Assembly: GCA_010015585.1 (NCBI GenBank)
Contig: ML975153.1
Direction: 5' to 3' (one strand)
DNA from: Eremomyces bilateralis CBS 781.70
Taxonomy: Eukaryota
DNA length: 64,000 bases
Shown piece by piece: positions 12,194 through 26,647 of this stretch. The notes beneath the pieces were generated by a model. It was not told the origin of the DNA. It made no database searches and saw only the letters and a program-made list of their open reading frames with translations. Position numbers and translations under genes: made by a program. How positions within the stretch are numbered: the first letter of the stretch is position 1; each line of letters opens with the position of its first letter.

Positions 12194-13162
12194 TGTTGCC
12201 AGCGCGGACTCGTCGCCTCCGGACGATGGAGTACTAGCCCAAGAAATTCTAGAGACAAAGGGATTTCTCGCGGAGGAGAGATAGAGAATCGGTTTTCAGT
12301 ATCGCAAGGTCGTCAGAACTCGGGTCCGAGGCGAATGAAACAGATGTAGGTCGGAGGTCTTATGATTGGAAGCGGGCGTACGGAAATTTCGGGATGACAG
12401 CGTGGACGTGTAGACCAAGCGCAACGGTTTTATGGGAGATAGGTGATGTGTTTCTTTATGGTGTAGGATGGATGTTCAAGTGGCGTCATGCAGTAAGAAT
12501 GGAAGCGGAACTACTTGGAGGGATGGACTACAAAAGGTCCAGGCCTGCCAAGGTGGGGTGATATCATTTCACCGCTCCGTACCACCTAGACGTCTCTCCG
12601 TCACATAACTGTACACTCTACCTATATTACCCCTAACCCCTAACGCAGAACACATATACTTCATAAAAACGGAATGCTAGATCCGTATGCACACTTCCTG
12701 CGGCTTCTGCACGTCAGAGGTATGCCTGGATAGAAAGATGGACGTCGACATTCTATGGTCTCTACAGCAGCCTTACACTCACACGTATTCCACGCTTTAT
12801 CTCCCATACAGGTATTGTTGCCGCAGAAGTTGTGGACTCGATTCATCGAATTACAATCTCTATATCGATCCCTTCCTCGACGATGCAAGGGATTCATGAA
12901 TCCTGAGAAACATGACGCCTCTTTTCGCAATCAAGTCGAGTGAGCGCATCCAGCTATTGTGTAAACAAGCCATGCCAACGCCAGATCTGGTACATCTCAG
13001 CAATGACACCAATTATTGTTGCTCATATTCCTTCGCATGAACCCAGACCGCTCAAAATTATTCCTATTGACCCCCAGACGCCATAGATGACGAACGGTCG
13101 GCGTATTCTTTCAAACAATCGCTCCCCAACTATGACAAGCTCGAGACCAGGCATCCAGACAT

Positions 13163-15176
13163 TCAAAGTCCCGGAGGTGGCTTCTCCGACGCCGGCGAAT
13201 TGTGAGCGGTGCTGGGTCTCCGTGACCGATTCGACCCCTCCTGCGCCTCTCGTTCCAAGAAGTCGGACCACAGCTCCGCCAAACTTTCCTTGCTGGGCGA
13301 ATGCGTGCCCTGGAGGGATGCGTCGGTGAGGGATGGGATACTCGACGTCCGTCGGAACGGGGACATGGGGACCCGGAGGGTGGAGTTCGATGCACCGGGT
13401 CGGGAAAGACCGGCTCGCTCCCGTTGTTCTGAGACGCTCCGTCAGTAGAGCACATATGTATAGAGATATTCCACTTACCATCATCCCAGCAAAGAATAGC
13501 TGCTGTCAACTGAAGAACTTGGAACTTCTTGGGGTCCGATCGATCGAGGGCGAGGAACTGTAGAAAATGATTGGTAACAAGTTGTCTTCATCATGTTAGA
13601 GATCCAGATCGTATCAACAATATATCGACCACGTACCTATCCACCATGTCTTCCGGCTTCCGCTGCTTAAGGAACCGGAGGGCTTTCGTCAAATGGTCGT
13701 TCAAGATCACTGCCTCATGGCGAAGCTTGCCGATCAAGAGATTCTTTTCCTTTACTTCCTTCTCGAACGGAGTGGCACGTTCGAGCTCTTTGGTCGTCCG
13801 GTCCAACTCCTGCTTCGCCACCTTGGCTTCCTCTTCCGCCAATTCGTGCTGCTTGCGCAACGCTCCCAGTTGGGTTTCCGATTGTTCAACCATTTCACGC
13901 AACTCCTTCTTCCGGGCTACACGACATCAGTTTCGTTCTGGCAATCTCCGCGATGTGACAAACCTTCTTGTATGTCTTTCAATGCTCGTTGGAGACTCTC
14001 GACGGTTTGAGACTGGCTATCTCGGTCGGCTGCTGCCCTATCATACGCCTCCCTTTGAGTGCCGAGTTGCTCCTCGAGCTCTCCCACTCGATCGGCGAGG
14101 CTTTCTTTTTTAGATCGTTCCTCCGTCGCTAATATTTCCCAGTCGAGCATGGCTTGTCTGGCCGTCTCGAACTCCTCCCGAGCATATGCCTCCCGGCTGA
14201 TCAACTCGTCGCGTTCCTTGATCCAATTCTGCTGCGAGAGGCTCGCGCGGTTTCGGAGGTCGGCGATCTCTTCGGACTGGCGTTTATTATCATTCGAAGC
14301 CGTCTGAAGGTCCTCGCGGAATCCATCGGCCGAACTCTCCAGTTCCTCGTTCCTCTCTTCCAACTCCTTGATCTTCTCTTGAGCCTGGGCCAGTTCTTCC
14401 TGTATGATCTGTAAGCAACTTCATGACAGAACGCATATATTCTCACATACCGCATCGCCTTTCAGTCGCTCCGTGAGCTGCGAACGGATCGTATTCACTT
14501 TGCCCAACAATTTCTGATATTGCGACTCGGCATGCTCCCGAGCCGACTGAGACTCCTCAAGTTCTTCTCGGATACCACCGAGATCTTCTTCGTGTTTCTT
14601 GTGTATCGACTCCAATGATTCGCGCAAATCAGCCACCATCGCCTTCAGATCGTCTCGTTCCCTCGCCATTGCTTCCAGACGGCTCTCGGTATCGTCTTCC
14701 CCCGACTCCGTTGCTTTGGTGGTATGGGTATGGAGTCCATTGCTGAGTTCGGTGGGAATTACCGTATCGGAAGGCTGTACGGGATCTCCACTCGGTGGCA
14801 ATTTTTCTTCGCTGTCTCCGTTCACGTCTATTGGAGTGTCCTGCGCCGAGACGTTAATACCATAGCCTATGTGGAAATTGTATTGTTCATACAGCAGGGG
14901 AACCCGGCGGCCCCGTATCCTCATCATCTGGCTCTAAAAATTCCGGCGCTTTATTCGCGTGTCCATCGATCGCGGCATTATCCTGGTTCCCTGGCTTCGG
15001 ACCTCCTCCCTTCTTCTTCTTGTTTTTCTTCTTGGATTTGGGGTTTGGGCCTGCATCGGAGCAAGTCAATTGAGCAGTTCGGATTCGAAGCGGCACGTAT
15101 ACCGTCCGTCAACAAAGAGGAATGTAATAGACGTACCAGTCGATTGGACCGGGTCGGACATAGTTTTGGTCGACAT
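13163..15176 (-). CDS. RUD3: Golgin Rud3 / GRAB-domain coiled-coil Golgi matrix protein (about 6 introns)
   Basis: Coiled-coil exons; KEKNLLIGKLRHEAVILNDHLTKALRFLK...VDR, QLVTNHFLQFL...DPKKFQVLQL, and C-terminal SLAELWSDFLERE. Confidence 0.88.
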
Positions 15177-16701
15177 GCCCAGTTCGATTCCGAGAGCGGG
15201 TATCGAGAATGGTGATGCGATGCTATTGATCGGCCGTTGAGGAATGGCAACAATAAACTGCAAAAGGCGTGGTCTCCCGTGGTAGGTCGAGATATGATTC
15301 CATGTCAGACCGGGCGACAATAATGTATGAACGTATGAGGGTAAGCAACAGTCCTCAGTGCCTGTCTGAGTCTCTCCCTCTCATGCTACACTCACTGAGC
15401 TCAGGTTGCAGTTGGTGTCACTCCAAATAGAAGTCGATGGCGGTCGGCGTGGATCTTGAAACGTCAAGTGAACAGGGGGGTTGCATGCTCTGATTGGTCA
15501 TTCGTTCGCGTTCCACATGGGCGCCACCTGCAGCCACACTTTCCTTCCTGTCATCTGAATCACGTGAATATTGTGTTTAATATTTGACACCTCAGGCATA
15601 AAATAGGAGATTCCCCACACATCACGTGTATCCCCAACCACACTGTGCCTATTTCTTCGCGCTCCGATCCTTTTTTCTTTCCAATCTTTACATATTATAC
15701 CAGTCTCTGTATCTTAAGGATGTTTTGGATATTAATAGACCATTCTTATCGTTATGAGACTCAGAGTGATCAAACCCTTTCTAATCCTGCTGTCTTTACG
15801 ACTACTTAGTCGCGCGAGGCAGCAGATTTCGCTTTGGGCTGACATTTCATGCTTCACAATTCTCTATCGTGTGCCCATCCTTAGTCAAGGCGATTTCCGA
15901 GAAAGCCTGCCATTGGGAACGCGTTCATCCCTTTCCGTCAGCTGAGTGGCTTTTTGGCCCTGGAGCATGTTGAAGATTTGATGGTTTTGCCGTAAATTGC
16001 CACCCAGGCACGTCGAATTTCGTCACGACTCTGCTGCGCAAGACGGCCTGAACCCCTTTAACAGACCTGTCTTTATTTTCGCGTGATGATTCACATAATG
16101 GCTTCGGAGTCCTAGCCGTGGCAATTTTTGCCAAGTAGTGTCTCAGGAGCTCATTGCTGTGACTCGGCCAGAATGTCTGCATCTTAACTTCGCTCTTCGC
16201 GGCGAGCAGTGCTGTCGTATTGTGCAGTGTCATGGAGAAACTGGATATGGTTTACATCCTGCAAATAGCAGTTGAGAGCTCAACTACTCCTGTCTTTAAT
16301 TTGCTACGGTGCCAATCCTGCTCTTCTCGGCCCATCGCCAGTCTAACATCGAACATAAATGTAATCGGGTTGCCAAAGGATCATATTCTATTGGGTAGTT
16401 TCGTTCATGCATTGTTCGTCCCAATATGAGTGGATCTACAATAACACGATTCAGCAAGTTCGATGTAAATCCTGCCCCAATTCAGATTCCGAGGCAGTTC
16501 TGGTTCTCTCAAATCTCTTCAACCGTTAACGGACTCCGTCCTCGTCCAGCTCTTCCAAACTGCTTGTCGCTGGTAACCGGGCTCCAGCCATTCCCCCAGC
16601 ACCGAGCGGCAAGATATGCCTTGGTATGCTTTGATATGTCTTAATATGCCTTCGCAGATCCTATAACATGAATCACAGCCTATATGGGGGACCTTGCTAG
16701 G

Positions 16702-18754
16702 CTACGGATCAGAAGGACCTCGTCCGAGTAAGCGTTGAGGGCTTCTGCCCGCAAAGAACAACCCATCTTCGCTGCTCGCCCATCGCTTCTCGTGTGCGTC
16801 ACTAATAGAATCCAAGTCGCCCTCGTGGATATGGCCATAGTCGAAGACAATCGAGCCATTTACTGCCAATACATGCCGCTCGTATAACGTCTCTGCAGGC
16901 TCGGAAATGATGGAATCGTCATGACTAGCTGGAGGTTTCGCACGATCAATCATCAACTGCATGTCGTTCAACCAGGGAACGCTGGCAGGATGTGTGCTAC
17001 CGGCAGTGAATCGTAGTTGGTGTTCTGTAGCACCGTTGCTGAAGGATCGTGATTCAGCTGGGTCCGAACGATAGGATGCTGAGCCATTCTGTCTCGAGTA
17101 TAGAACTGTTCTGGGGAAATTCCCGTATCCCATGACTTCTTTTGATGCCTCAGGAACTAAAGATCGTGCTCCGTTCGAAAAGATACCGTGTCCGGAAATG
17201 GATACATGCTTTGTACGGTCCAATTTCGCTTGGATGGTGAGACTTCCGCTTCCCTGATCAACGTGGTAATCGGAGTCTACCCAAAGTGGGTAAGAAAACG
17301 AGCGTGAATAGCCGTTAGATGACTTCTCGTACCCCCAGCTGATCTGCTTTGTGATTTGAGCGCAACCATGATCGGAAAAATTGCCAGTGGTCGAAAAATG
17401 GAGCGACTGCTCCCAGGATGCGATCCGCTCGCCTTCTGATGTGGAGATGGTTGCTGCACTTGAGATATATCGGTGGACTTCGACATGATAATCAAGGGTA
17501 GTGTTTGTCCCGTTCGAGTCTTTTCCCAGTTTAGATGATACCGACATCTGGGGAGAACGTTGGAATATCCTCGGAGACATTCCTGTTGTTATCGAGCCCT
17601 CGACATCCAGCCACAAGAAGATCTTTCCGGAGAGGACCCAGTATGATCCGAGTTTGTCGGTAATGGTCGCTGTTCCATTGCCATCGTCCGAGATCCCTAT
17701 GACTTTGAGTCCAAAATCGTGCGGTTGTCCGTCGCACAGTGTTCCAAGCCAAGGAGTGATATCAATCTCATCTTCTTGCAAGTCAAATGCATCAATACCG
17801 ACAATCGGCCTCCAAAAACCTGGTGCGATGCCTCCTGTGAATATGATAGGGAATGGAGACGATACGCCTGCTAAGACACCGTCAATCTGTAGCTGCAGTT
17901 CACGGAATGGGGAGCTGCCGTATAAACGGCCCACGTCCGGAAAGGTCCCCGTATTTGAATCGAGTGTATTGGCCCACCAGAACTCTTCTTCCATTTGGCC
18001 GACCGCAGATATTGAGAATATTGCTTTCTTAATATTCCTTGGCAACGTCAAAGAGCTGGTAACATTGAAGTCATCTGCATGGAGTGAGCCGGGATTTTTC
18101 CAGGTCGCTCCCTTCCCAGAAACGGGAATGATAACATCTGCAGGAGGGTCCACGTTCGCACGATTGTAGAAGATGGCGGCAAGAGTCGTATTGAAAGTCC
18201 CGGTATATGTCTCATCCACGAGGTTCCCCAAGTCGAAGGTAAGGGTCTGGGGCTGTTTGAACAAGGATAGGTAGGGCGTCATATCTTTCATGTAAGTCCA
18301 TAGGATGCCTGCCTGCGTCGGTTCCGCTGTGGACGTTCGAAATATTTCAGTATTCCCGAAATACGCCGCTCCCAGTCGATCAAACTGCCGTCCAGCCGAT
18401 GTGACGGTTAAGTTGAACGCCACGGCATTATATTCGCAGTCAGGTGGCTGATATATGCCTATAGCACCTCTGGTATCAGCGTTGGGCCAACCACAGGAAT
18501 AACATCAGTGTCATTAGTAGACGAGAGAAAATTCCAGGCGCACGAAACTTGAGACGTTCCGGAGGTCCGGACATTGAGAAACTCCAAAACTTACCGACAA
18601 ATGGATGACCATAGCTAAAAGCGAAAGTGTGCGTCATAAGCACCGCAGTGCAATCACATTCGCCCGGCAACACCATAGGTGGGTTTACTTGGAAACATAA
18701 GAGCCATGTTGCGGACAGAAACTGCTGTACAAATCCTGGCATATAACGCATCAT
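16702..18754 (-). CDS. Peptide-N4-(N-acetyl-beta-glucosaminyl)asparagine amidase A (PNGase A)
   Basis: HTFAFSYGHPFVG, intron, GRQFDRL, FRTSTAEP, EEFWW, PFREL, FTGGIAPGFWRPIVGIDAFDL. The start codon is uncertain (ATG 18754 or an upstream exon). Confidence 0.88.
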
Positions 18755-19234
18755 CGCGATAACGGAGGAAGTCGACCTGCTGGATTGACGTATGAAGCCC
18801 CAAGTTTTCAAGCTCGTCTCTAGTGCGCGTCGGTATCTCGGGACGAGGAAGATCCGATACAGAGCCAAATAAGGCCCCGTTGGTCAGGGGGCTCGGTTTT
18901 CTTCTCCAAGAATGGGTTCGGTTCGATGCTGGATCCAATATACTTATTGTCTCCCGCACCCCACTCTTGATTATATTGTTCCTCGACGTCGAAGTCGTTC
19001 AAGGAGAGTATTAGGCAGGTCGATGCAGGAGCAAGAGTAAACCCTGGTGTAAGCATTCGAAAAGAATAGCTTTTGCTGGGCTTTGGATTATGCCAAGATA
19101 CGAGCACTCATATTGAAATGAGCTTGAGTGAATATAATGGTCCGAGAGCCTGGATGAAAGTCAGAATTAAACGTTGCCGAAGTGCGAAACTAGGCCGCAG
19201 TTGACCTTGACAGTGAAGGAAACCCCAAGGATGC

Positions 19235-19540
19235 TCAATCGGATCCCTCGTACTGATCCCAAAAGCGTTGGATGGCCCTTCGGGCCACAACAGAACTAGC
19301 AAAACGAGCGCGGAAGAAGTTAAACAAGGCGAACTCGTCCTTAGAGAGAACGTAAGAGTCTGGCGCAGCTTGAACACGGCTCCAAACTTGACCGAGATGT
19401 CGCTCAAGGTATTCGCCGATTGAAGGATCGACGGAACTTTCACAATTCCGAGCCACCTCAAGAGCTCGTTGGATTGTGAGATAGCTGTTAAGCTGATTGA
19501 CGTCTGGGGGACAGTTACCACCCATGATGGATAAAGACAT
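19235..19540 (-). CDS. Small conserved fungal hypothetical protein (101 aa)
   Basis: ATG-initiated ORF with LTIQRALEVAR...VWSRVQAAPDSYVLSKDEFALFNFFRARF...AIQRFWD, a pattern I recall from small Pezizomycotina proteins. Confidence 0.7.
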   Translation of the reverse strand: MSLSIMGGNCPPDVNQLNSYLTIQRALEVARNCESSVDPSIGEYLERHLGQVWSRVQAAPDSYVLSKDEFALFNFFRARFASSVVARRAIQRFWDQYEGSD

Positions 19541-22500
19541 TCGGGAGACGTTGATAGAAACACAGGGTTACAGTTGACAAATTGTGGTTATGCGGTGAAG
19601 GGAAATAATGGAGACTAGACAGAGCATCGGAACGCAAAGAAGAACATTGACAGCCAGTCGAAATGGGATACCGGTAGGTTATGTACCCTTAGCTTGAAGC
19701 GCCATCACCAACAATCCATGCTTAATGAATCATTCTAAAATCAAGGATGTAACATGAATTTCTCTTACCTGGGAAGCGAGGACTGCGGATGGAGGGAACG
19801 GTGTTTCCTCGGTCTCTATTTCCAAACCCAAAGAGTAGAGAAGTCCCAAACCAGTTGTTGAGCCCGAAAATCACCACCTTGGGCGCCTTGTCGTCCAATT
19901 CCAAGAAAGCACCGTGCAAGGGTATCCTCCTAGGGGAGGGGGAATGGTGAATAATGCCGGATCAGTGATACAGGGCACAGGATATCATGCACCTGCGATG
20001 AGGGGAGGACGGGAGCTTGGGCACTAGACCAGTCTCCCTGGTTCGAACGAGTGGAGAGGATGATGTCTTCGAAGCACTTTGGAGTCTACCAGGCGCGGGG
20101 ATGCGTGCCCCAGAAACGTGGGAGAATGAGGTGATGGAGCAGGGTGTCATATACAACACACAGCTGTGACCACTGTCACCCTGCTTGGACCACTTTAGTA
20201 GACAAGGAAATTTGACAACGAGCGCAAGTGGAGAAATACAGAACCGTGTCCAAACTAATACAGTCGAATGGATCAGGTCCTGAAGTCGACAGCAAAGAAA
20301 TCCCAGAATAACTGGGCGTCGGTTAGAGGACAGACGACAGACGGATAGGGAAACGAGACCCCTAAGACATCTAGGGCACTTAGGATTATTTCTGGCGCCG
20401 AGCAAGGCACTGTTGCCGTTGAGTATATCACTGGCGGAGCGTAACTCAATCGGTATTCATGTCGCCCAGGACATGAAGTCGATTGTATATTGAGTTTCGC
20501 GGAATAGAACAGAGAAGCTCGAATCACTTCTGGGCCTTGCGCAGGTGGATCGCCTAGATTCTCAAACCCGATGAGCGGCTTAACGCGCTCGGGATATTAG
20601 ACCACAGTAGACAGGGGTGTGAGGCTAAGAAATCACGTTCGACCGTCGTAGCTTATATTCCTCGAAATGCAGGTCCAGAGCTCCCCTGCCGTAATACAGT
20701 AATAGGTGGCGTTTCGTGCGGAGTAGAGGCGGTCAATCAGATGAATCTCTCCGATGGAATTGGATGACGGTATTAGGATACGGTGAAGGAAGAGCCAAGG
20801 AAGTTGTTATTGGTAGCAGGGTGCTGTAGATTGGAAAATGAAGCTCAATGTCGACCAGCAGCTGGGAGCTGAGATGGGAATGCCGCCGGGAATAGCACAA
20901 ATCGCCTGTATATCCCTGAAGGCAACAACTGCGCTAGGCAAGAGATTAACATCCGAAGCAGAAGACTCGAGAAACTAAAAAGCCTAAGAAATGTCTCAAG
21001 ATCAGAGCCAGGCCGCTTGAGAACCTTCACAGTGGACAGCGAGGTGCTAAGAGATGGGATGTGAAGGTGAAGCAGGTTGCCTGTGCTTGATTTCAAGGAA
21101 TAGAGCGTTGACATGGATGAGGGATGATGTTACAGGTGCCATAACCCAACGCATTCTTACGGTCAACGATACAGCGTACGGTACGGAGTAACTACTGATT
21201 GTATCAGAACTCTATCAGATTGGCGATTGGAAGGAAATTCATATATTTTCATAACTTGACCAGGTCTCAGGCGTAGCCGAAAGTCCCCCCTCCTTTGCGA
21301 ATCTACCTATCAGATAAACTATCCTTGTGAGAATCCACGGTCCCCTTGCTCCCTCGGACACTCAGAAAAGCGGCAGACATGCCTGGTCCTGGCATGAGCC
21401 TCTCAAGTGGAGGTCGAGATATCCAGGAACCGACCCTTGGACAGTGAAGGGCATGCAGGTATGTGTTGCGTACGTACCTAACTAATGTGGTATCGATCAC
21501 TTGCTTCGGCAAACTGCTTCGGCTGTATACTGGTTTCGTTGAACAAGACGAACTGCCGGCCTTCAACCTTGCCATGGTTCTCGGTTAACGAGGAACGGTA
21601 CGCTCCGCAAACGCAAACCGTGTCGGGTCAACGCAGTTGACTACACGTCCGCTTCCTTATCGGTCTAGCAGCCGCTACAGTGGAGGTAGTTCGCACAATT
21701 TACGACCCCCCACGACTACTTTAGATGTGAGACGCTGGCGCTTGGTGACCAAAGAACGAGAAACGATGGCCAGGTTGTGATCCTTCCTGTTCTCCGCGCA
21801 ATCAACCGGCCATTAAGAGGGATAACTAACGGCCGACAGGCTATCCAACGCCATCGTCAAGTCCAAACCAACCCGGTCAATCGCGGCCGATGAACTTGTA
21901 TCAGAACTTGAATGTGGCGCTTGATCGACCACGCCTCACGCGCAGAATGGTGTGCCTGCAGTGGACAGATAATCATTACTTTATATTTATGACGTTCACA
22001 GAGCTTGGTCAATTTAGTCAAAGCTTCAGTTTCCTTCTATCAAAGTCAGACTTCACTACGAGCCTTTAACTTGAGCCTGAGTTCTTCACAAACAATGGTC
22101 TCACCAGTCATCATCGAGTCAATCCGAGTCATGACACAGTGACAGTCCGGGAAAGCAAGCTAAATGTCGCAATCCGCTCTATTTTCCCGTCAAGCTTGTC
22201 AATCTTGCAATTGTCAAGGAATCCTCGTTTATCGATCGGGCGCGATTTGCGGGGCCTGTGAAGATGCATACATATTACATTTTTTATTATTTATTAGGGC
22301 TCGCAAGTCGCGAATCGCAATGGCCTCATACCCACAAAAGCTGCAAATGTCGCCATGCAGTTCTAAGGTCTTAGCTCGACACGCAGGCCTCCGCCACGCG
22401 CCACGCGAAGCGTTGATCTGTGATCACCGACAGCCAGCGGGTGACAGGGGAGCATGCATACAGGCGGGTGCAAAGTACTCGACAACACGCTTGATACGCA

Positions 22501-24511
22501 GAACTCGCTGCTGAAGCCACTTGCAATCCGGGACCAGAAGGAACAAACCGTTCTGACTGACGCGTGTGGTAGGGGTTGCTCAGAGGGGTATGTTAAGAAA
22601 AGGCATATAGGCAATCTTTGATCAATATCAGTTATGTCGAATCTTCCCATGCCTGTCCCACATTCATCTACCGCTTCATAGCCCCCGGATATCCTTCACT
22701 TCCGTCTTTGGCTTCAATATCCGGAGTCACGATTAACCAGGATGTCGGTTCTTGTTCGATCCAGCGCATGTCCCTATTTGCAAGGGTCCTTGCAAGTACG
22801 GTACGGTGTGCGCTTCTATCTCAAGTCGTGACGTTTGATAGTCATCCAAAAGCTAGGGAGATGGCTCAGTACTACCTAGAGCCCTAACCAAGTTCCCCAA
22901 ATATGAAAATTCCCTTCACTTAAGTACTGATTCGTCAGAAAAAGATCATAGGAGAGGTCGTTGATGAGAGTACCGCCTTGGCAGGCAACCAGTATAGCTG
23001 CATTTTGACAAGAATCTGGCGACTAGGTGAATGGATATGGGGATCCGGGGTCGTAGCATAACCGATTTTAGGCCCCTCGAGGCCTTGAAAGGGGGAAAGA
23101 CCAACGATGAGCCGATAGCAACACACGACTGACTGTTGTGTAACGTATTGGCTTACAACGTTCCGAACTTCTCATGAGGGGTTGAGCGGAACTAGTTGCT
23201 GATCTAGGTCTGCGTCCCAATTAGAAGCAGCCTGGATAACCGCATTTAATTGAAGGGGTGACAGAAGTTGGCAACGCAACAGCTCGTGTCAGAGCCTCCT
23301 GCACTGGTTTCTCATCCTCTAGTTCTTATGTGCTCCCTTTTGCACATATATACCAGCATACCCTTCCGAGACGTGCATAGATTCATCACCCCGCTTCATA
23401 TCTGTGAGTGTGATAAGTCAATGTTGCTCTTTGATTCATGGATGCTGCTACACTGAAGACTCGCTTACAGGATGCATGAACACTATCGATCCACCGGCTC
23501 TAGACCAGCCCCATTGGCTGACCCATCGACTCGCTTTTCAAGCTTTCTCCTCAGATTGCACTTTTCGGCCAGTCCTCTCGGCAGGTAATGATCCCAAATT
23601 TGGGTATTTAGCTACATTGAGAAAGGGCCGTCATAACGCCGAGTACCTGCAAGTCCAGGTCGATGTACATGTGCTTCCGAGTCGAAATACCGCTCCAGTG
23701 GATCCATAGATTGAGTTCCTCGTACTCCTGGTGGCCAGTGCGACATTGCCAAAATACCGGTACCAGATCCATGCTTGACTGCCTGCTTCTTCCTGTGTAA
23801 CCAATGCTGCCTTTTAATGAGGATTGAAGACATGCTTCAGAACACAACTATCGATAAAGGTGGAGCCATAGCATCAATTTTATGGTCCAGTTGGGTACTC
23901 TATTGTGCCCTTGCGCAGGAAGGGACGCACTCCGGTCTAATCAGTGATCGTAGATTACGTTTCCCAAATCCATTTACTAAGGAAGCAGTAAGGAAAGGTG
24001 GTAGCTTGGAGGGATATGGCGTATCCTTAGTCCCGAGATTGGCCTTGCCAGACTCATATAAAATACAATTCTAGTCCGCAGTGGTCGATATCTGACGCTG
24101 GTTGGGGGCTATGTTTACAGGAGAACGCTGCTCAATGTTCGGAAAACATGAAAGACTCGACTGGTTCATAAAGACTGACTCGAAAAATGAATCTTGTAAA
24201 TCGCAGGAAACCGCATTATGATGGTGCACAACCCGCCAGCAGTAGAGAGAGGTGACCGGAATTTGAATCGTTTAGAATCCAGTCGGGTTTAGGAAGGATG
24301 GACACATCTAACGGATATCAATCCGACCAGTGGAAGATCATTTGTTAAATTACCTATTCGACCTCTCGTGAACAACCTTACAAACCACTCGAATCAAGCT
24401 AAACGCACCGAACTTAACATATCTCCTCTCAACTCTCTTTCCTACCTTCGATTATTCAGATATTAAATCCACCGCTAGATCCAAAAGCCACCATATCTCG
24501 TGAAAGCAAAA

Positions 24512-25326
24512 TTAGAACTGTGCCACCACTCCCATAAGGGCAGCGAAGAGTCCCCCAGCAGCCGGTACAGTAATGGCACCGGCGGCACCGGTGCTGCTGG
24601 AATCCGCAGCAGATGCGGAAGCCGAAGAGGGCCGGGAAGTGGGTTTTCTCGCCGACGTTTCGGCTCCGGACTCCACCGTGGACTCGACCGTGGACTTGGC
24701 GGTGGTTGCAGTGGCCTTGGTAGGCTTAATGCTGGAGGTCAAGGCATTTAAGGAGGATTGACTATCATCGGATCATATGTGAACACCAGGCCGGGAAGAA
24801 TTCAGAGTGGAAGGGTGTGACTTACCCGTCGGCAGCGTTGCAGTAGGAAACCTTCTGTGATTCGGCTCCGGAGCGGTTCGGGTCACCGGGACAGGAGTCG
24901 TAGCAGCTGTGATTGGAGAAACGCGTCAGTATACACCATTGAGATGCTGAAATGGCTGCATCCTCCGGCAACAGTATGCGTCATGGGACATATCGACCAC
25001 CAACCCCCAAGGTACCGGACTCCAGGCTGTAATAATAGAAAACTTACGTCAAAACGACGGTATAGGCATCACATAGGCAGCGCCAGTCCTGGACTGTGCA
25101 GGCTGAGACCTGGAGCCCGGTGGTGGACTTGCAGGCTTCAACAATACTGTAACGGTGCGTGTTAGCTTCAGAGTTCGCCAGGAACGCGTCACTAGAATGG
25201 GCAATGAGCTCACTTCTGTGCGGCACAGGATGATGATTGCTGAGGCCCTGCAGCAGACCCAGTGGCAGTCTGGGCGGCAGCGTAGCCAAAAGTAGCGGCA
25301 AGGGTAAAGACGACGGAGAAACGCAT
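24512..25326 (-). CDS. GPI-anchored Ser/Thr-rich cell-surface protein with a Cys-rich N-domain (3 introns)
   Basis: Signal peptide MRFSVVFTLAATFGYAAA; CAAQN|IVEACK...WRCLC..Y..VLT|CYDSCP...YCNAA; Ser/Thr stalk; hydrophobic GPI signal GGLFAALMGVVAQF. Confidence 0.85.
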
Positions 25327-26647
25327 CTTGGGTGGTTTACTGAGAAATGGTGAAAGGTATTAAGGCGTATACTTTGGTAAACAAAGGCCAAACGAGAGAG
25401 TCCGAATAAAATACCCCGAAGCGACTGATGGGGTATCCAATCAATTAGCGGTGGGGAATATCAAATTTGATACTGCGGACTTGTAGAGAGAAAAGGAAGG
25501 GAAGATGGGGATATCAGGACTCAGGAGATCAAAGAACGGACGTAACGACTGAAGAGGCATTTGAGGACTCGGGAAGAAAAGAATGAAGCATTAAACAAGG
25601 GGGTCACAGACACCTGCCCATTACGTACCAGCAGGTAATTCGGTATTGTTATTGATACGACGTTTCGAAGGCCCAGACACGACCGCGCCATCGAAATGTG
25701 GAAGCCGGAAGCCAGGGGTCAGAGCCAGAATATGTCTCTGTCACGGCACCACCGTAACACCAGACTGTGGTAGTAATATCTTGATGGTACGAGTATTAGC
25801 ACTATTAGCATTGTTGTTAGCAATCCTATCACGGATTATGCAAGATTGATGCATCTGGCCGGTTGGTCCTCTGGTGAAGGTGAATGTGCAACATTGTCGT
25901 TGTTACGTTGGAGATTCGACTTTTGATGCTTGAATTTGCAACTCAGGTGGCGGCGTCCCAGTTCCCGCTCGTCATACCAGAGTGCCAGGGGCTATATGGC
26001 AGTGTCATACTAAATTGGGTTTCGTGTCGATGTTGGCTTCTCCAATTATACATTCCCGCCCTGAAGCCATAGTCGATTCTGGACTCGGGCAAATGAGCGA
26101 ATCACTTCATTCGAAGTGAGGAAATTGCTCCAGGCTCCCTCCGTCGAGCCGGACGTGTCACAAGTGCCACCCGGTTTCGCCGTACTACCATGGTCGAGAC
26201 GACGATATGCAATGATATCGTCAATTCGTCCTATCGAGCTTCGTACTATGGACTCCTGGACGTTGGTCCCCAAGGGATTCTAGTTCATCCGAAGTATGCG
26301 CTGACTATTCAATGACAAACGCGGTTGTGTAGTCCAGCTCTGCGCCAGTTCGACCTCAGCGAGAGCACTATTGTGGTACAAGAAGCGTCAAGTTTGTGAA
26401 ATGATTTCGACAGGGTTAACGGTCAACAAACTGTGAACGACAACAATAGATTTGGCACATCTGGTAATAATAACTGACTTGCAAGAAGGAGGCAGGAATG
26501 CTGCACGCTGCATGCATAGGTTGATTGATAGAGAAGGTGACGGATACAATGTTTCTCACGTAATTCGGTTCGAAGTCGCTCTCCGAGTCCACTCTCCAAC
26601 GGTTGCCAACTCTTTTCATTTGCGCCGAAGCAGCCTCCAATTTTCCT

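Noticed and set aside
11653..12349. Plus-strand ORFs with poly-Trp or poly-Gly
   Set aside because: These are antisense readings of the (GTG)10 tract in YPI1.
12630..12643. CCCCTAACCCCTAAC telomere-like motif
   Set aside because: Only about two imperfect units in an internal intergenic region; compatible with chance.
15560..15630. CACGTG and CTCAGGCA motifs recurring in intergenic regions (also near 29730-29840 and 39436)
   Set aside because: Common fungal promoter words with no specific claim supportable from the sequence alone.
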